Part shown: piece after piece, positions 26,287 to 34,148 of the stretch
How positions within the stretch are numbered: the first letter of the stretch is position 1
Layout of the letters: every line of letters starts with the position of its first letter
Origin: Escherichia coli O157 typing phage 13
DNA length: 64,000 bases
Sequence record: KP869111
Direction: 5' to 3' (one strand)
Program-made: the position numbers and the translations under genes
Notes under the pieces: model-generated
What the model saw: only the letters and a program-made list of their open reading frames with translations
What the model was told of the DNA's origin: nothing
Database searches by the model: none

Positions 26287-26495
26287 AACCATGTCACCTT
26301 TAAGCAATATTCTTCTACATGTTGTTTACGGCCTTTCTTATCAATAAAGGTATATTCAACGAATGTTCCGATGTAGTCTTTATCTACATCATGTGGACTA
26401 TTAATTGGACATTTGGTACGACAAATGCGTTCCCATTGACGAATAATTACTGCCTTATTCTTTGGGTCATATGGATGTGGATAATGTATATTCAT
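26283..26495 (-). CDS. Hypothetical protein
   Basis: Track ORF starts with TTG; ATG at 26495 (MNIHYPHPYDP...) overlaps upstream stop; 70 aa. Confidence 0.45.
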   Translation of the reverse strand: MNIHYPHPYDPKNKAVIIRQWERICRTKCPINSPHDVDKDYIGTFVEYTFIDKKGRKQHVEEYCLKVTWL

Positions 26496-26989
26496 AATAA
26501 CGGTTCCCAATCAACAATCACAATTTCTAGTTTAGTGGAATACGTATCTAAAATCTCTTCGATGACATCCCAGTTTCCGCCACCGATACCTGCACCAATT
26601 CTTGGCATATAAATTACAGGCTTTGTTATCTTATTCTTTCCGAATTCATTTAATTCTATTATACAATTCATTAAAGCAGAGTACTCAAAATTAGGTCCCG
26701 GCTCAAACTGCGTATAAAGATTAAAGCAATAAGCTTTATGGGTCTTAAAATATTTTTCATAAACCGAATAAGTCCCGAGTTTAGACTCGTCTCCGAATTC
26801 GGTTTGAAGTTTATCGGCTTCCAGAATTTTTGGATAAGCCTTTGCTAATTGTCCTGCCACACCGGCGCCCATTGTATGAAAACAATTACACCCATGAGCA
26901 ATATTATTACCTTTAGAAAACAGGGCGACAATATCGCCCTTGATATAGTTTTTAATCACTTGCTGCAAGTCCTCTAGTATAAGAGTCAA
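26492..26989 (-). CDS. Macrodomain-like protein (candidate ADP-ribose binding/hydrolase); start codon uncertain (TTG/GTG)
   Basis: 165 aa; two glycine-rich loops at macrodomain-like spacing: HTMGAGVAGQLAKAYP and IYMPRIGAGIGGGNW; no in-frame ATG near the N-terminus. Confidence 0.5.
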   Translation of the reverse strand: MTLILEDLQQVIKNYIKGDIVALFSKGNNIAHGCNCFHTMGAGVAGQLAKAYPKILEADKLQTEFGDESKLGTYSVYEKYFKTHKAYCFNLYTQFEPGPNFEYSALMNCIIELNEFGKNKITKPVIYMPRIGAGIGGGNWDVIEEILDTYSTKLEIVIVDWEPLL

Positions 26990-27299
26990 CTAGACGGTCC
27001 ACCATAGAATTGCATGCTGCCTTATCTTTAGGTTCCGCCACCGAGCATTCTAATATTTGCCATTTTTTATAGTATCTTTTAATTAAGGTAGACGCCTTGA
27101 ACCTACTAGACGCCCCATCTTTTTCTCCGTCTTTATACGCGTATAACAATTTTTGTGAAAAATCTACTTTACACTCTTGACTTTTACCACAATAATCAGA
27201 CGCCGTTCTGTTTGTATACTCCGTTACATCAGTATATGTAGTATTAGCAAGAGCGTTAAATGAAACCAAGCTAACTATTAAAGCCAACATTTTGGTCAT
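26952..27299 (-). CDS. Secreted protein with signal peptide (T4 vs position by synteny)
   Basis: 115 aa (the T4 Vs length); N-terminal MTKMLALIVSLVSFNALA signal peptide; four Cys; ATGA-coupled to the upstream gene. Confidence 0.5.
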   Translation of the reverse strand: MTKMLALIVSLVSFNALANTTYTDVTEYTNRTASDYCGKSQECKVDFSQKLLYAYKDGEKDGASSRFKASTLIKRYYKKWQILECSVAEPKDKAACNSMVDRLVDSYTRGLAASD

Positions 27300-27838
27300 T
27301 CTTTTATTTCCAGTAGTTTATTTGATTTAAGGTAATTAGCCTTTTCTAGGACTTCAGAAGCATATTTACTTCCAGCACTTGTCTTCCATCCCGCATTATA
27401 TGAGGATATGGCTTTTCTTATATCCCCGTTATGTATATTTAACCAATAAGAAAATTCGATATAAGCCCATCTGGCTGAATTAGACCGCTTAGATAGCATT
27501 TTCTTAATTTGGGCATCAGTCATATTATAACCAAGCTGGTTAATTCTTGCCCTCATTGTTGGTAGATAGTTTTGGAACATTCCATACGCATGGTGACCTT
27601 TCTTATCTTTAAGATTAATACCGGCAGATGATTCTTGCCATAGTATTGCGGCCATTATGTATCCAAGTCCTTTCTTATGCATATTTTCATGCGTTTTAAA
27701 TTTTCCATCCTTAGAAAACTGTTCCCCAAACTGATAAGCATAATTCAAGTTATCGAGTTGGACATTACTAAAAGTATGCTCGGAGCTATGTGCTGATAAC
27801 GAAAGAGCAAATAGACCAGCGAGTAGTGCTTTTCTCAT
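27296..27838 (-). CDS. Secreted lytic transglycosylase-like protein (SLT domain candidate)
   Basis: 180 aa; signal peptide MRKALLAGLFALSLSAHS; motif AAILWQESSAGINLKDKKGHHAYGMFQ resembles the SLT catalytic Glu-Ser and GLMQ-type motifs. Confidence 0.55.
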   Translation of the reverse strand: MRKALLAGLFALSLSAHSSEHTFSNVQLDNLNYAYQFGEQFSKDGKFKTHENMHKKGLGYIMAAILWQESSAGINLKDKKGHHAYGMFQNYLPTMRARINQLGYNMTDAQIKKMLSKRSNSARWAYIEFSYWLNIHNGDIRKAISSYNAGWKTSAGSKYASEVLEKANYLKSNKLLEIKE

Positions 27839-27846
27839 GTTTACCT

Positions 27847-28305
27847 CTAGATTTTAATCACTGCTTTAGAAGCTTTTCCTGGTAGTCGTTTACTGTTAAT
27901 AATAGCCATTCTGCATTGAAGAGTCTTCATTTTGAATGCTGGATTTTCGCGACAAACTGTAAGTCCTAACCAAAGATTTCCATCAGTTATTTCTAAACGG
28001 CCTGGGCGATATTCGACACCTTCGACAAAATCTTCATCAACATCTGGACGGGCTGGCATTGATAAAAATTCTGCAACTTCTTTAACATGATTTTTTACTT
28101 TATGAAATAATTCAAAAACGTAATTCTCATCTATTTCTCTCTGGATGGCACGATCTAAGAGATGTTGAGAATACTTGATATGAAAGCCTGGTAGTCCAAG
28201 AGACTTTGCAGCATCTTTTATACTGGCATTTATTTTGCGGAACTCCGTTTCAAAGATTCGACGGAGTTTATTGCGGCGGATAAAAACGTCTGAATTGATA
28301 GTCAT
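27847..28305 (-). CDS. regB: Endoribonuclease RegB
   Basis: 152 aa; MTINSDVFIRRNKLRR...YSQHLLDRAIQREIDE...GVEYRPGRLEITDGNLWLG...LQCRMAIINS.RLPGKASKAVIK matches recalled T4 RegB (153 aa). Confidence 0.75.
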   Translation of the reverse strand: MTINSDVFIRRNKLRRIFETEFRKINASIKDAAKSLGLPGFHIKYSQHLLDRAIQREIDENYVFELFHKVKNHVKEVAEFLSMPARPDVDEDFVEGVEYRPGRLEITDGNLWLGLTVCRENPAFKMKTLQCRMAIINSKRLPGKASKAVIKI

Positions 28306-28313
28306 TTTGATTT

Positions 28314-28354
28314 CTCCTCTAGTTGACAGGTCTATAGTAACACAACTAGAGGAG
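28314..28354 (-). promoter_or_regulatory. 12-bp inverted repeat sequestering the regB Shine-Dalgarno
   Basis: CTCCTCTAGTTG (28314-28325) and CAACTAGAGGAG (28343-28354); on the mRNA the 3' arm carries GAGGAG 8 nt before the regB ATG. Confidence 0.55.
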
Positions 28355-28362
28355 AAGTAAAC
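28334..28362 (-). promoter_or_regulatory. T4-type early promoter located within the regB hairpin
   Basis: Minus strand GTTTAC (28362-28357), 17-nt spacer, TACTAT (28339-28334); -10 lies in the loop of the inverted repeat. Confidence 0.55.
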
Positions 28363-28661
28363 TACTCTTTGAAAGGAATTAACTTTTTAACTGCTTTAGA
28401 TACTTCGTCACGAACCTGGTGGAAGTTCTTGAGCTGTTCAAGGCGTTGTTCGTAATACGCAATCTCATCTTCTTCAAGACAATCGTCAGCGTCTTCTTTC
28501 AGATATGCCTTGTACTCATTAAAGAGGGCCCATAGGCGGTTCTCAAAGTCATCAAGGCTTTGAATTTTCTTGTGCTTCGGAACAAGGCCAAAAGGATTGC
28601 TTTCAGTTATGCGTCGAGATGCTTCATAATGAGTTCCAAAGCCTGATAGGATTTGAGCCAT
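28362..28661 (-). CDS. Hypothetical protein
   Basis: Track ORF 28362-28703; ATG at 28661 overlaps upstream stop; 99 aa. Confidence 0.5.
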   Translation of the reverse strand: MAQILSGFGTHYEASRRITESNPFGLVPKHKKIQSLDDFENRLWALFNEYKAYLKEDADDCLEEDEIAYYEQRLEQLKNFHQVRDEVSKAVKKLIPFKE

Positions 28662-28906
28662 TAGTATTTTTCCTCTGGTTGAAATACCGCACGACAAGCC
28701 CACATACTAGCTTCCTTTAGGCGTTCTTTAGCACAGTTCAATTGGGACAAAGCTGTCAAAGCTTCAGGAGTATTCGCAGACAACGCTTCTTCCGCCAAGG
28801 CATCGAAAATAAGCCCTAATCGAACTTCTGCATCTTTAATAGCGTTCACTTTACCGATTTTATCATCGGTATGCGGCTTGTAGCCTTTGATGTCTTCAAT
28901 CGACAT
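28661..28906 (-). CDS. Hypothetical protein
   Basis: Track ORF 28661-29074; ATG at 28906 with GAGGAA Shine-Dalgarno gives 81 aa ([16 protein letters not shown]...). Confidence 0.45.
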   Translation of the reverse strand: MSIEDIKGYKPHTDDKIGKVNAIKDAEVRLGLIFDALAEEALSANTPEALTALSQLNCAKERLKEASMWACRAVFQPEEKY

Positions 28907-29120
28907 AAGGAATTTCCTCATCGGTGGCAAGGTCATATTCGACCAATTGGATAGGCTCATTAATACCATATCCACGTACAGTGATATCGGTTGTCGGATA
29001 TTTTCCAGTAATATCACCCATTCTAAATGCTTCAGTGAATGATTGCTCGCCTGAGCAACTAAACCAGGCGGCAAAACATTTTAAAACATCTTCAGACCCT
29101 TCTATAATCAATTTAGCCAT
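28896..29120 (-). CDS. Hypothetical protein
   Basis: 74 aa ORF; start abuts the stop of the glycyl-radical cofactor gene. Confidence 0.45.
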   Translation of the reverse strand: MAKLIIEGSEDVLKCFAAWFSCSGEQSFTEAFRMGDITGKYPTTDITVRGYGINEPIQLVEYDLATDEEIPYVD

Positions 29121-29482
29121 TATAGACTCTCAGTAAAGGTACGAGCGATAACGTCGCGCTGCTGTTCCGGGGTCAGAGAGTTAAAGCGAACTGCATAACC
29201 GGATACACGGATGGTCAGCTGTGGATATTTTTCCGGATGCTTAACTGCATCTTCCAGAGTTTCGCGACGCAGAACGTTAACGTTCAGATGTTGACCACCT
29301 TCAATTTTAACTTTAGGTTGATGTTCAATTTCAATTTCACGGGCATTCAAACCGTAGAAAATTTCCGGGTCTACAATAGCGTCTTCTTTAAAAGTCTTAG
29401 AGACGATAATCCGGGCTTGAGTACCGTCTTCAAAATAAATAGTGCCTTTATGTGCACCTTCAAGAATTTGATATGCTTTCAT
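29120..29482 (-). CDS. Autonomous glycyl radical cofactor (GrcA/YfiD-like)
   Basis: 120 aa; C-terminal glycyl radical motif [25 protein letters not shown]; T4 is known to encode a YfiD homologue in this region. Confidence 0.8.
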   Translation of the reverse strand: MKAYQILEGAHKGTIYFEDGTQARIIVSKTFKEDAIVDPEIFYGLNAREIEIEHQPKVKIEGGQHLNVNVLRRETLEDAVKHPEKYPQLTIRVSGYAVRFNSLTPEQQRDVIARTFTESL

Positions 29483-29488
29483 ATAACC

Positions 29489-29797
29489 TCAATTAGAAAA
29501 TAAATTTATCCAAGTTTTTTCTTTAATCAAAAATGGGTCAGAACTAAACGCCATTAAACTTTGAGTGATTAATCCCTTAAATGGCCCATCAATAAATTCC
29601 ATTTTGAAATGCGGAATACTAGTCATCAACCGTGCGTTAGGAGCAGTACAAAGAACCTGCTGCCCTGCGAACGGACCTTTAGTCAAACGGTATCGTTTAG
29701 GTTTAAAATGGTAAATCTCGTAATTTTCTACAAGAGCCCTTTTATTGCATACTGGGCTGTTATAACAATATTCAAAAACTTCAATAGTGGTCATCAT
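29489..29797 (-). CDS. Hypothetical protein
   Basis: 102 aa; ATGA overlap with upstream gene. Confidence 0.5.
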   Translation of the reverse strand: MMTTIEVFEYCYNSPVCNKRALVENYEIYHFKPKRYRLTKGPFAGQQVLCTAPNARLMTSIPHFKMEFIDGPFKGLITQSLMAFSSDPFLIKEKTWINLFSN

Positions 29798-30333
29798 TGC
29801 ATTCCAATCACAAAAAATTGAGGACGAGCATTACCGCCGATGCAATATTTGCTTTTGCAGCAGTACTGTACTGTTTTAATATGGACATTGTAAATCTTAT
29901 CCATATCAGGAGCTTTAATAGGCTCGTCAATTATATACAGAATACGAGAAAGCGTTAATCCACGGAATTTAGAACCTTCATTGCCAATAAAACTACGAAC
30001 AGAATCAGTAAATAAACGGAATCGAATATCATCGCTAGAATAACGAGAAAATTCTTTTTCAATGTTACCAGCAGAAATTTTAGCATAAGCTGAAGTATTA
30101 GAAAGAACAATAACTGTTCCGCCATCATACAGCCAATTAGCAGCAAAGTTAGTCACAGCAATTGATTTACCGGATTGTCTGCCACCGTCTAAACGAAGTG
30201 TACAGTACTGCTTGAGTACGTCTTCAAACGGTGGGATATAACCGTTCTTACAAATTTCTTCTACTCTAGCATCAGAATGGTGTGTAAAAGCATTCATCAG
30301 GGATAGATAAGGTCCAGTTAAAAATGTTCTCAT
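29794..30333 (-). CDS. Small P-loop NTPase-like protein
   Basis: 179 aa; Walker A-like LDGGRQSGKS and Walker B-like RILYIIDEP. Confidence 0.5.
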   Translation of the reverse strand: MRTFLTGPYLSLMNAFTHHSDARVEEICKNGYIPPFEDVLKQYCTLRLDGGRQSGKSIAVTNFAANWLYDGGTVIVLSNTSAYAKISAGNIEKEFSRYSSDDIRFRLFTDSVRSFIGNEGSKFRGLTLSRILYIIDEPIKAPDMDKIYNVHIKTVQYCCKSKYCIGGNARPQFFVIGMQ

Positions 30334-30369
30334 TTAGTTTCTCTTTTATGTTGGGCCATTCCGTGGCAC

Positions 30370-30399
30370 ATGTTAGGTCCTTCGACTCGCTATGTAAAC
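30370..30399 (-). promoter_or_regulatory. Early promoter-like element (GTTTAC-N18-TAACAT)
   Basis: Minus strand GTTTAC at 30399-30394 and TAACAT at 30375-30370, within the 173-nt noncoding gap 30334-30506. Confidence 0.4.
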
Positions 30400-30506
30400 C
30401 CATTACCGCACTTGGGCTCGACATTATTACAGGTTGGAAAAGGTACATCACTCAGAGGACTCGACGTTCATGAGGAGAGGTTGCGTTTCCCTTTATTAGG
30501 CAAGAA

Positions 30507-30932
30507 TTATACTCTAGGCTTTTGAGCTTGTTTGGTATTGGATTCCCATGCGGCTTTGGTAATTTTGTTAGTGGCATAACCAAAGGCATTAGATAGAACA
30601 CCTTTAGAGTTGAATACATCCAATCCAATAAGTACACCGGCTGTGTTAAATTTAGGAGCAAAGTACGCATTAGTTTTAGAAAGAGCTTTTTTCAATTCNN
30701 NNNNNNNNNNNNNNNNNNNNNNNNNNNNNNNNNNNNNNNNNNNNNNNNNNNNNNNNNNNNNNNNNNNNNNNNNNNNNNNNNNNNNNNNNNNNNNAGGGTC
30801 TTGAACCAAACCATCAAAAACGCCTTTACTATTTACTTTATATGTTACTTTGGGATTTTTACCTTCTTCGATAGCAGCTTTCTGTTCCGCAGATAATGTA
30901 ACTTCAGTGATAAACTCCTGATATGTTTTCAT
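30507..30932 (-). CDS. Internal head protein-like (capsid targeting sequence); interior masked by N-run
   Basis: Starts MKTYQEFITEV, the T4 internal-protein capsid-targeting leader; 96 N (30699-30794) inside the ORF. Confidence 0.6.
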   Translation of the reverse strand: MKTYQEFITEVTLSAEQKAAIEEGKNPKVTYKVNSKGVFDGLVQDPXXXXXXXXXXXXXXXXXXXXXXXXXXXXXXXXELKKALSKTNAYFAPKFNTAGVLIGLDVFNSKGVLSNAFGYATNKITKAAWESNTKQAQKPRV

Positions 30933-30940
30933 TTTGTTCC

Positions 30941-31354
30941 TTAGTAAATTGATTTACCATAGTATTTGTACCAAGTCGGACGTTGAGCAATTTTTTCATC
31001 TAAGCGTGCTTGACTTATCGCAATGGACGCTTCGGACGGGACGTAATTATTACGAAATTCTACAGGAATGTCGGAAATATCCTGGACTGTCGTGTCCTTG
31101 ATTTTGAAACCACGTTTCAAGCATTCGGCGATTAGCTCGATTTGACGTAAACGTAAAAATTCGAGTTTGTCGTAAAAGAATGTTACGTGACCTGTGCCTA
31201 AGATAAATGTTGGAGAGATTTTAAAATCCTTTACACGTTTACCGTTTTGAACATGTTTACGGACTGCACCAAATACGCGTGGTAATTCACGATACTCAGC
31301 CATAAGATGTTGGTCGGACAGTTCAGAAACAAGTGTTAAATTGATACGAGTCAT
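30941..31354 (-). CDS. denV: Endonuclease V (pyrimidine dimer DNA glycosylase) DenV
   Basis: Track ORF 30941-31366; ATG at 31354 gives [35 protein letters not shown], near-identical to recalled T4 DenV (138 aa). Confidence 0.9.
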   Translation of the reverse strand: MTRINLTLVSELSDQHLMAEYRELPRVFGAVRKHVQNGKRVKDFKISPTFILGTGHVTFFYDKLEFLRLRQIELIAECLKRGFKIKDTTVQDISDIPVEFRNNYVPSEASIAISQARLDEKIAQRPTWYKYYGKSIY

Positions 31355-31381
31355 AATTTCCTCCAAGTAGTTGATGAATGT

Positions 31382-31411
31382 ATAGTATCAAAACTCTTGG
31401 AGGAAGTAAAC
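31382..31411 (-). promoter_or_regulatory. T4-type early promoter upstream of denV
   Basis: Minus strand GTTTAC (31411-31406), 18-nt spacer, TACTAT (31387-31382). Confidence 0.5.
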
Positions 31412-31412
31412 A

Positions 31413-31694
31413 CTATTTTTCTGAAGCGCCTGAAATATATTTTTCAAGACGTTGTTTCATCAGCGAGCCGTTCTTAGCGATTTCTTCCGGTTTATCGCAC
31501 ATACGCAACAAGGCTTCAAGCTTAACGATATCACTGGTGCGCTCAAATTTGCGAGTATCTATCTTACTGGCAAGTTCAGAAATACGTGCTAATAGACTTT
31601 CAGCTTCAACCAAAGCTGCACCTAGCTTAGTTGCAAATGTGTCAGTAGCTTCGTTAAGAATAGATTCTGATAAAAATTCACTATATGTTTTCAT
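31413..31694 (-). CDS. Internal head protein-like (capsid targeting sequence)
   Basis: ATG at 31694 overlaps the e stop (ATGA) and gives [11 protein letters not shown]..., 93 aa. Confidence 0.55.
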   Translation of the reverse strand: MKTYSEFLSESILNEATDTFATKLGAALVEAESLLARISELASKIDTRKFERTSDIVKLEALLRMCDKPEEIAKNGSLMKQRLEKYISGASEK

Positions 31695-32179
31695 ATATAC
31701 GCTTTCCAAGTTCCTGTTTTAAATGTTGAGATTACGCGTTTCGCTCGATTAGGTGTCTGACGGTACCATTTAGATTGGGCTAGATTTACTGCCGCTTCAT
31801 CCCAACGTTTCTGTTGAAGCATACGAAGAGAATTAGTAAAACCAGCGACGCCTGCTACACCCATTTGGAAGACCATATTGACCAATGCACATCGACGAAC
31901 CGCATCTAAAGAATCATATACCGGTTTAAGTTTAGCATTACCCAAGATTCCGCGAACGGCTTTATCAACGTCTTCATTAAATAGCTTTTCAGCCTCATCA
32001 AGGGTAATTGTACCGTTGCATTTACGTCCGATCATTCTGTCAAGTTCAGCTTTAGCTACGGCTAAAGACGGGTTCTTTGTTACTAAATGGCCTATGCCAA
32101 TCGTCCAAAAGCCTTCAGTGTCTTTGTATAAAGTCAGTCTAAGACCTTCGTCATTACGAAGCATTTCAAATATATTCAT
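31691..32179 (-). CDS. e: Lysozyme (endolysin) e
   Basis: Track ORF 31691-32191; ATG at 32179 preceded by GGGAGGT gives [31 protein letters not shown], near-identical to recalled T4 lysozyme. Confidence 0.93.
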   Translation of the reverse strand: MNIFEMLRNDEGLRLTLYKDTEGFWTIGIGHLVTKNPSLAVAKAELDRMIGRKCNGTITLDEAEKLFNEDVDKAVRGILGNAKLKPVYDSLDAVRRCALVNMVFQMGVAGVAGFTNSLRMLQQKRWDEAAVNLAQSKWYRQTPNRAKRVISTFKTGTWKAYI

Positions 32180-32180
32180 A

Positions 32181-32206
32181 ATACCTCCCACGTTTATAGG
32201 AGGTAT
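32181..32206 (-). promoter_or_regulatory. Hairpin sequestering the e gene Shine-Dalgarno, with late-promoter-like sequence in the loop
   Basis: Minus strand ATACCTCC-TATAAACGTG-GGAGGTAT; the 3' arm is the Shine-Dalgarno; loop reads TATAAACG (6/8 match to TATAAATA). Confidence 0.5.
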
Positions 32207-32213
32207 TTATTAC

Positions 32214-32669
32214 TTATAGGATGGTAGTGAGCACCTTATATAATGATTTACCCATTACATATTCCCATTGAGAAGGTTTAATTAAAGCGAATGCATCAAA
32301 TTCAGGAATCTGTCGTCCGTCTGGGAATGTATGATAGGAATTACAAACACTGTTTCTGAATTGCTCGTGCTCTACAGGGATGGTATATAGGAACAGATGA
32401 ATATTCTTATTGTCTGAGTAATGATGTTCACCTAGGTCTTTCAGGAAGGCAGGGTCATATTGTGTAAACCCAGTTTCTTCTTCGCATTCACGAATAGCGG
32501 CTTCAATAGGAGATTCGCCAGGTTCGACACGGCCTTTAGGAATATCCCACCGATGAGTTAATGCACCTTTAGGACGAGAACCAGTTACACGCCCCATGAA
32601 TAACTCTTTATCTTCGGTAAGGAAAATAATACCGGCTGATAGCTCTTTCACTTTATTTTTCTTACTCAT
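32214..32669 (-). CDS. nudE: Nudix hydrolase NudE
   Basis: 151 aa, the T4 NudE length; Nudix box GRVEPGESPIEAAIRECEEETG. Confidence 0.85.
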   Translation of the reverse strand: MSKKNKVKELSAGIIFLTEDKELFMGRVTGSRPKGALTHRWDIPKGRVEPGESPIEAAIRECEEETGFTQYDPAFLKDLGEHHYSDNKNIHLFLYTIPVEHEQFRNSVCNSYHTFPDGRQIPEFDAFALIKPSQWEYVMGKSLYKVLTTIL

Positions 32670-32988
32670 CANNNNNNNNNNNNNNNNNNNNNNNNNNNNN
32701 NNNNNNNNNNNNNNNNNNNNNNNNNNNNNNNNNNNNNNNNNNNNNNNNTCGGTCCCATGATTTGGCCATTAATTCGGACATAAATTCTTCAATGCGCGTT
32801 TCTTTAGATGGACTTTCACTATTAGAGACCGCAAGTTTGTAATCTGCAATAGGACAGAACATATCAAGGTCCGTATTAAGGTCGTCTTTGATTTTTTCTT
32901 CTGACACATCTTTATCGTATGTGTACAGATAACTATCACATGATTCTGATTTAATGTAAATTGCTATACTCATCTCAAATTCCTGCAT
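32662..32988 (-). CDS. Hypothetical protein (C-terminal part masked by N-run)
   Basis: 108 aa track ORF; 77 N (32672-32748) cover its 3' end and the nudE 5' leader, so the true end is unknown. Confidence 0.35.
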   Translation of the reverse strand: MQEFEMSIAIYIKSESCDSYLYTYDKDVSEEKIKDDLNTDLDMFCPIADYKLAVSNSESPSKETRIEEFMSELMAKSWDRXXXXXXXXXXXXXXXXXXXXXXXXXXDE

Positions 32989-33461
32989 TCGGTAATAAAA
33001 CGTTCAACTTCATTATTCTTGGCCTTTATCTTGTCTTTATGTTCTTGTAAACTACTTTTAATAAGATTAATAATGATGGCGGCGGTACCGCCGCCAATGA
33101 TGCCACCAACAACACTTATGATACTAGATGCTAATAAGATAGCAATAATATCAACAAAACTGAAAGAACTCACCTTAGTACTAAAAAACCATACCGACGG
33201 TGCAAATATAATCCATCCTGTTATCCATTGGCACTTATTGAAAAACTTTTCAAGATCAGCTTGAGTTGTTCGTATTACTTCATCGATAGGTTGATATCCA
33301 TTAATGTATCTGTTCACAATAATACCTGCTGGCTGGTCGATTTTAAATTCTTGGCAAATACGTTTCACTAAGTAGGATGGACATCCTGTCCAATCTACTG
33401 AATAGTATGAAATACCTTCATTGCCATCGTCTATATTAGACCAATATGTTTTGTTAATCAT
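32970..33461 (-). CDS. Hypothetical membrane protein
   Basis: 163 aa; hydrophobic segments WITGWIIFAPSVWFF and IIAILLASSIISVVGGIIGGGTAAIIINLI. Confidence 0.5.
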   Translation of the reverse strand: MINKTYWSNIDDGNEGISYYSVDWTGCPSYLVKRICQEFKIDQPAGIIVNRYINGYQPIDEVIRTTQADLEKFFNKCQWITGWIIFAPSVWFFSTKVSSFSFVDIIAILLASSIISVVGGIIGGGTAAIIINLIKSSLQEHKDKIKAKNNEVERFITECRNLR

Positions 33462-34147
33462 TACCAGCCTTCCATAGGGAATTCCAGATAAACTTGGGTA
33501 TTGACACGAATTTCATTGGTAATCTTTTTAACTCGGTCTGTATTACGAGATACACGTCCGAACCAACGCCATCCATTACTAATTGCACGAGAACCAGTGT
33601 GCCATGTTTGCCAATCAAACTGAAGAAGAGTACGATCTGGAGCTTCCCATTTCTCTAGTTCGCCTTTTTCGATTTTTTCGAGGACTTCTTTGTGCCACTG
33701 GCGATAGATAAGTTCGCCATCAGGAATCTGACTGAACTCTGCAGTTCCTGTTGCAAAATGAGTAGGACACACATCAGCGTTAACAAGACCAAGAATATGT
33801 TCAGACAAATAGCGAGGATTGTCATAGTCAGGTTGTCCTGCAGTAATAAAATGTTGACCAACCGGAATATCCGGGCGTGGTACGTCATCATGGTGATAAC
33901 CAGGAATAGCAGGATACCAACCAGGCATCAGCATATGGACTCGTGAATCAAATACTACATCCGAGTCTTTCCAATCGTCAGGGAGATTTTGGATAAAGCT
34001 ACGAGTAATTGGACCGCCGTTATCAAAAGCAAAATTCAAATCGCAATTAAAGAACATAGGCTCGTTTTTAATCTGGTCATTTTTAATCGCATGAGCAAAA
34101 CCACCTACTGCACGAGCTTGACTATTAAACACTTTAGAACTATTCAT
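33461..34147 (-). CDS. Hypothetical protein (possible metal-dependent oxygenase-like fold, unverified)
   Basis: 228 aa; His/Asp-rich segment PGYHHDDVPRPD and later WHTGSR; no confident family assignment from sequence alone. Confidence 0.5.
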   Translation of the reverse strand: MNSSKVFNSQARAVGGFAHAIKNDQIKNEPMFFNCDLNFAFDNGGPITRSFIQNLPDDWKDSDVVFDSRVHMLMPGWYPAIPGYHHDDVPRPDIPVGQHFITAGQPDYDNPRYLSEHILGLVNADVCPTHFATGTAEFSQIPDGELIYRQWHKEVLEKIEKGELEKWEAPDRTLLQFDWQTWHTGSRAISNGWRWFGRVSRNTDRVKKITNEIRVNTQVYLEFPMEGW

Positions 34148-34148
34148 A

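Noticed and set aside
30334-30506. Possible tRNA or CRISPR-like element in the long intergenic gap
   Set aside because: No GTTCGA-type T-loop or cloverleaf-compatible arms found by eye; repeats are short and irregular, not a CRISPR array.
30699-30794. N-runs as biological features
   Set aside because: Runs of N are masking or assembly gaps, not sequence.
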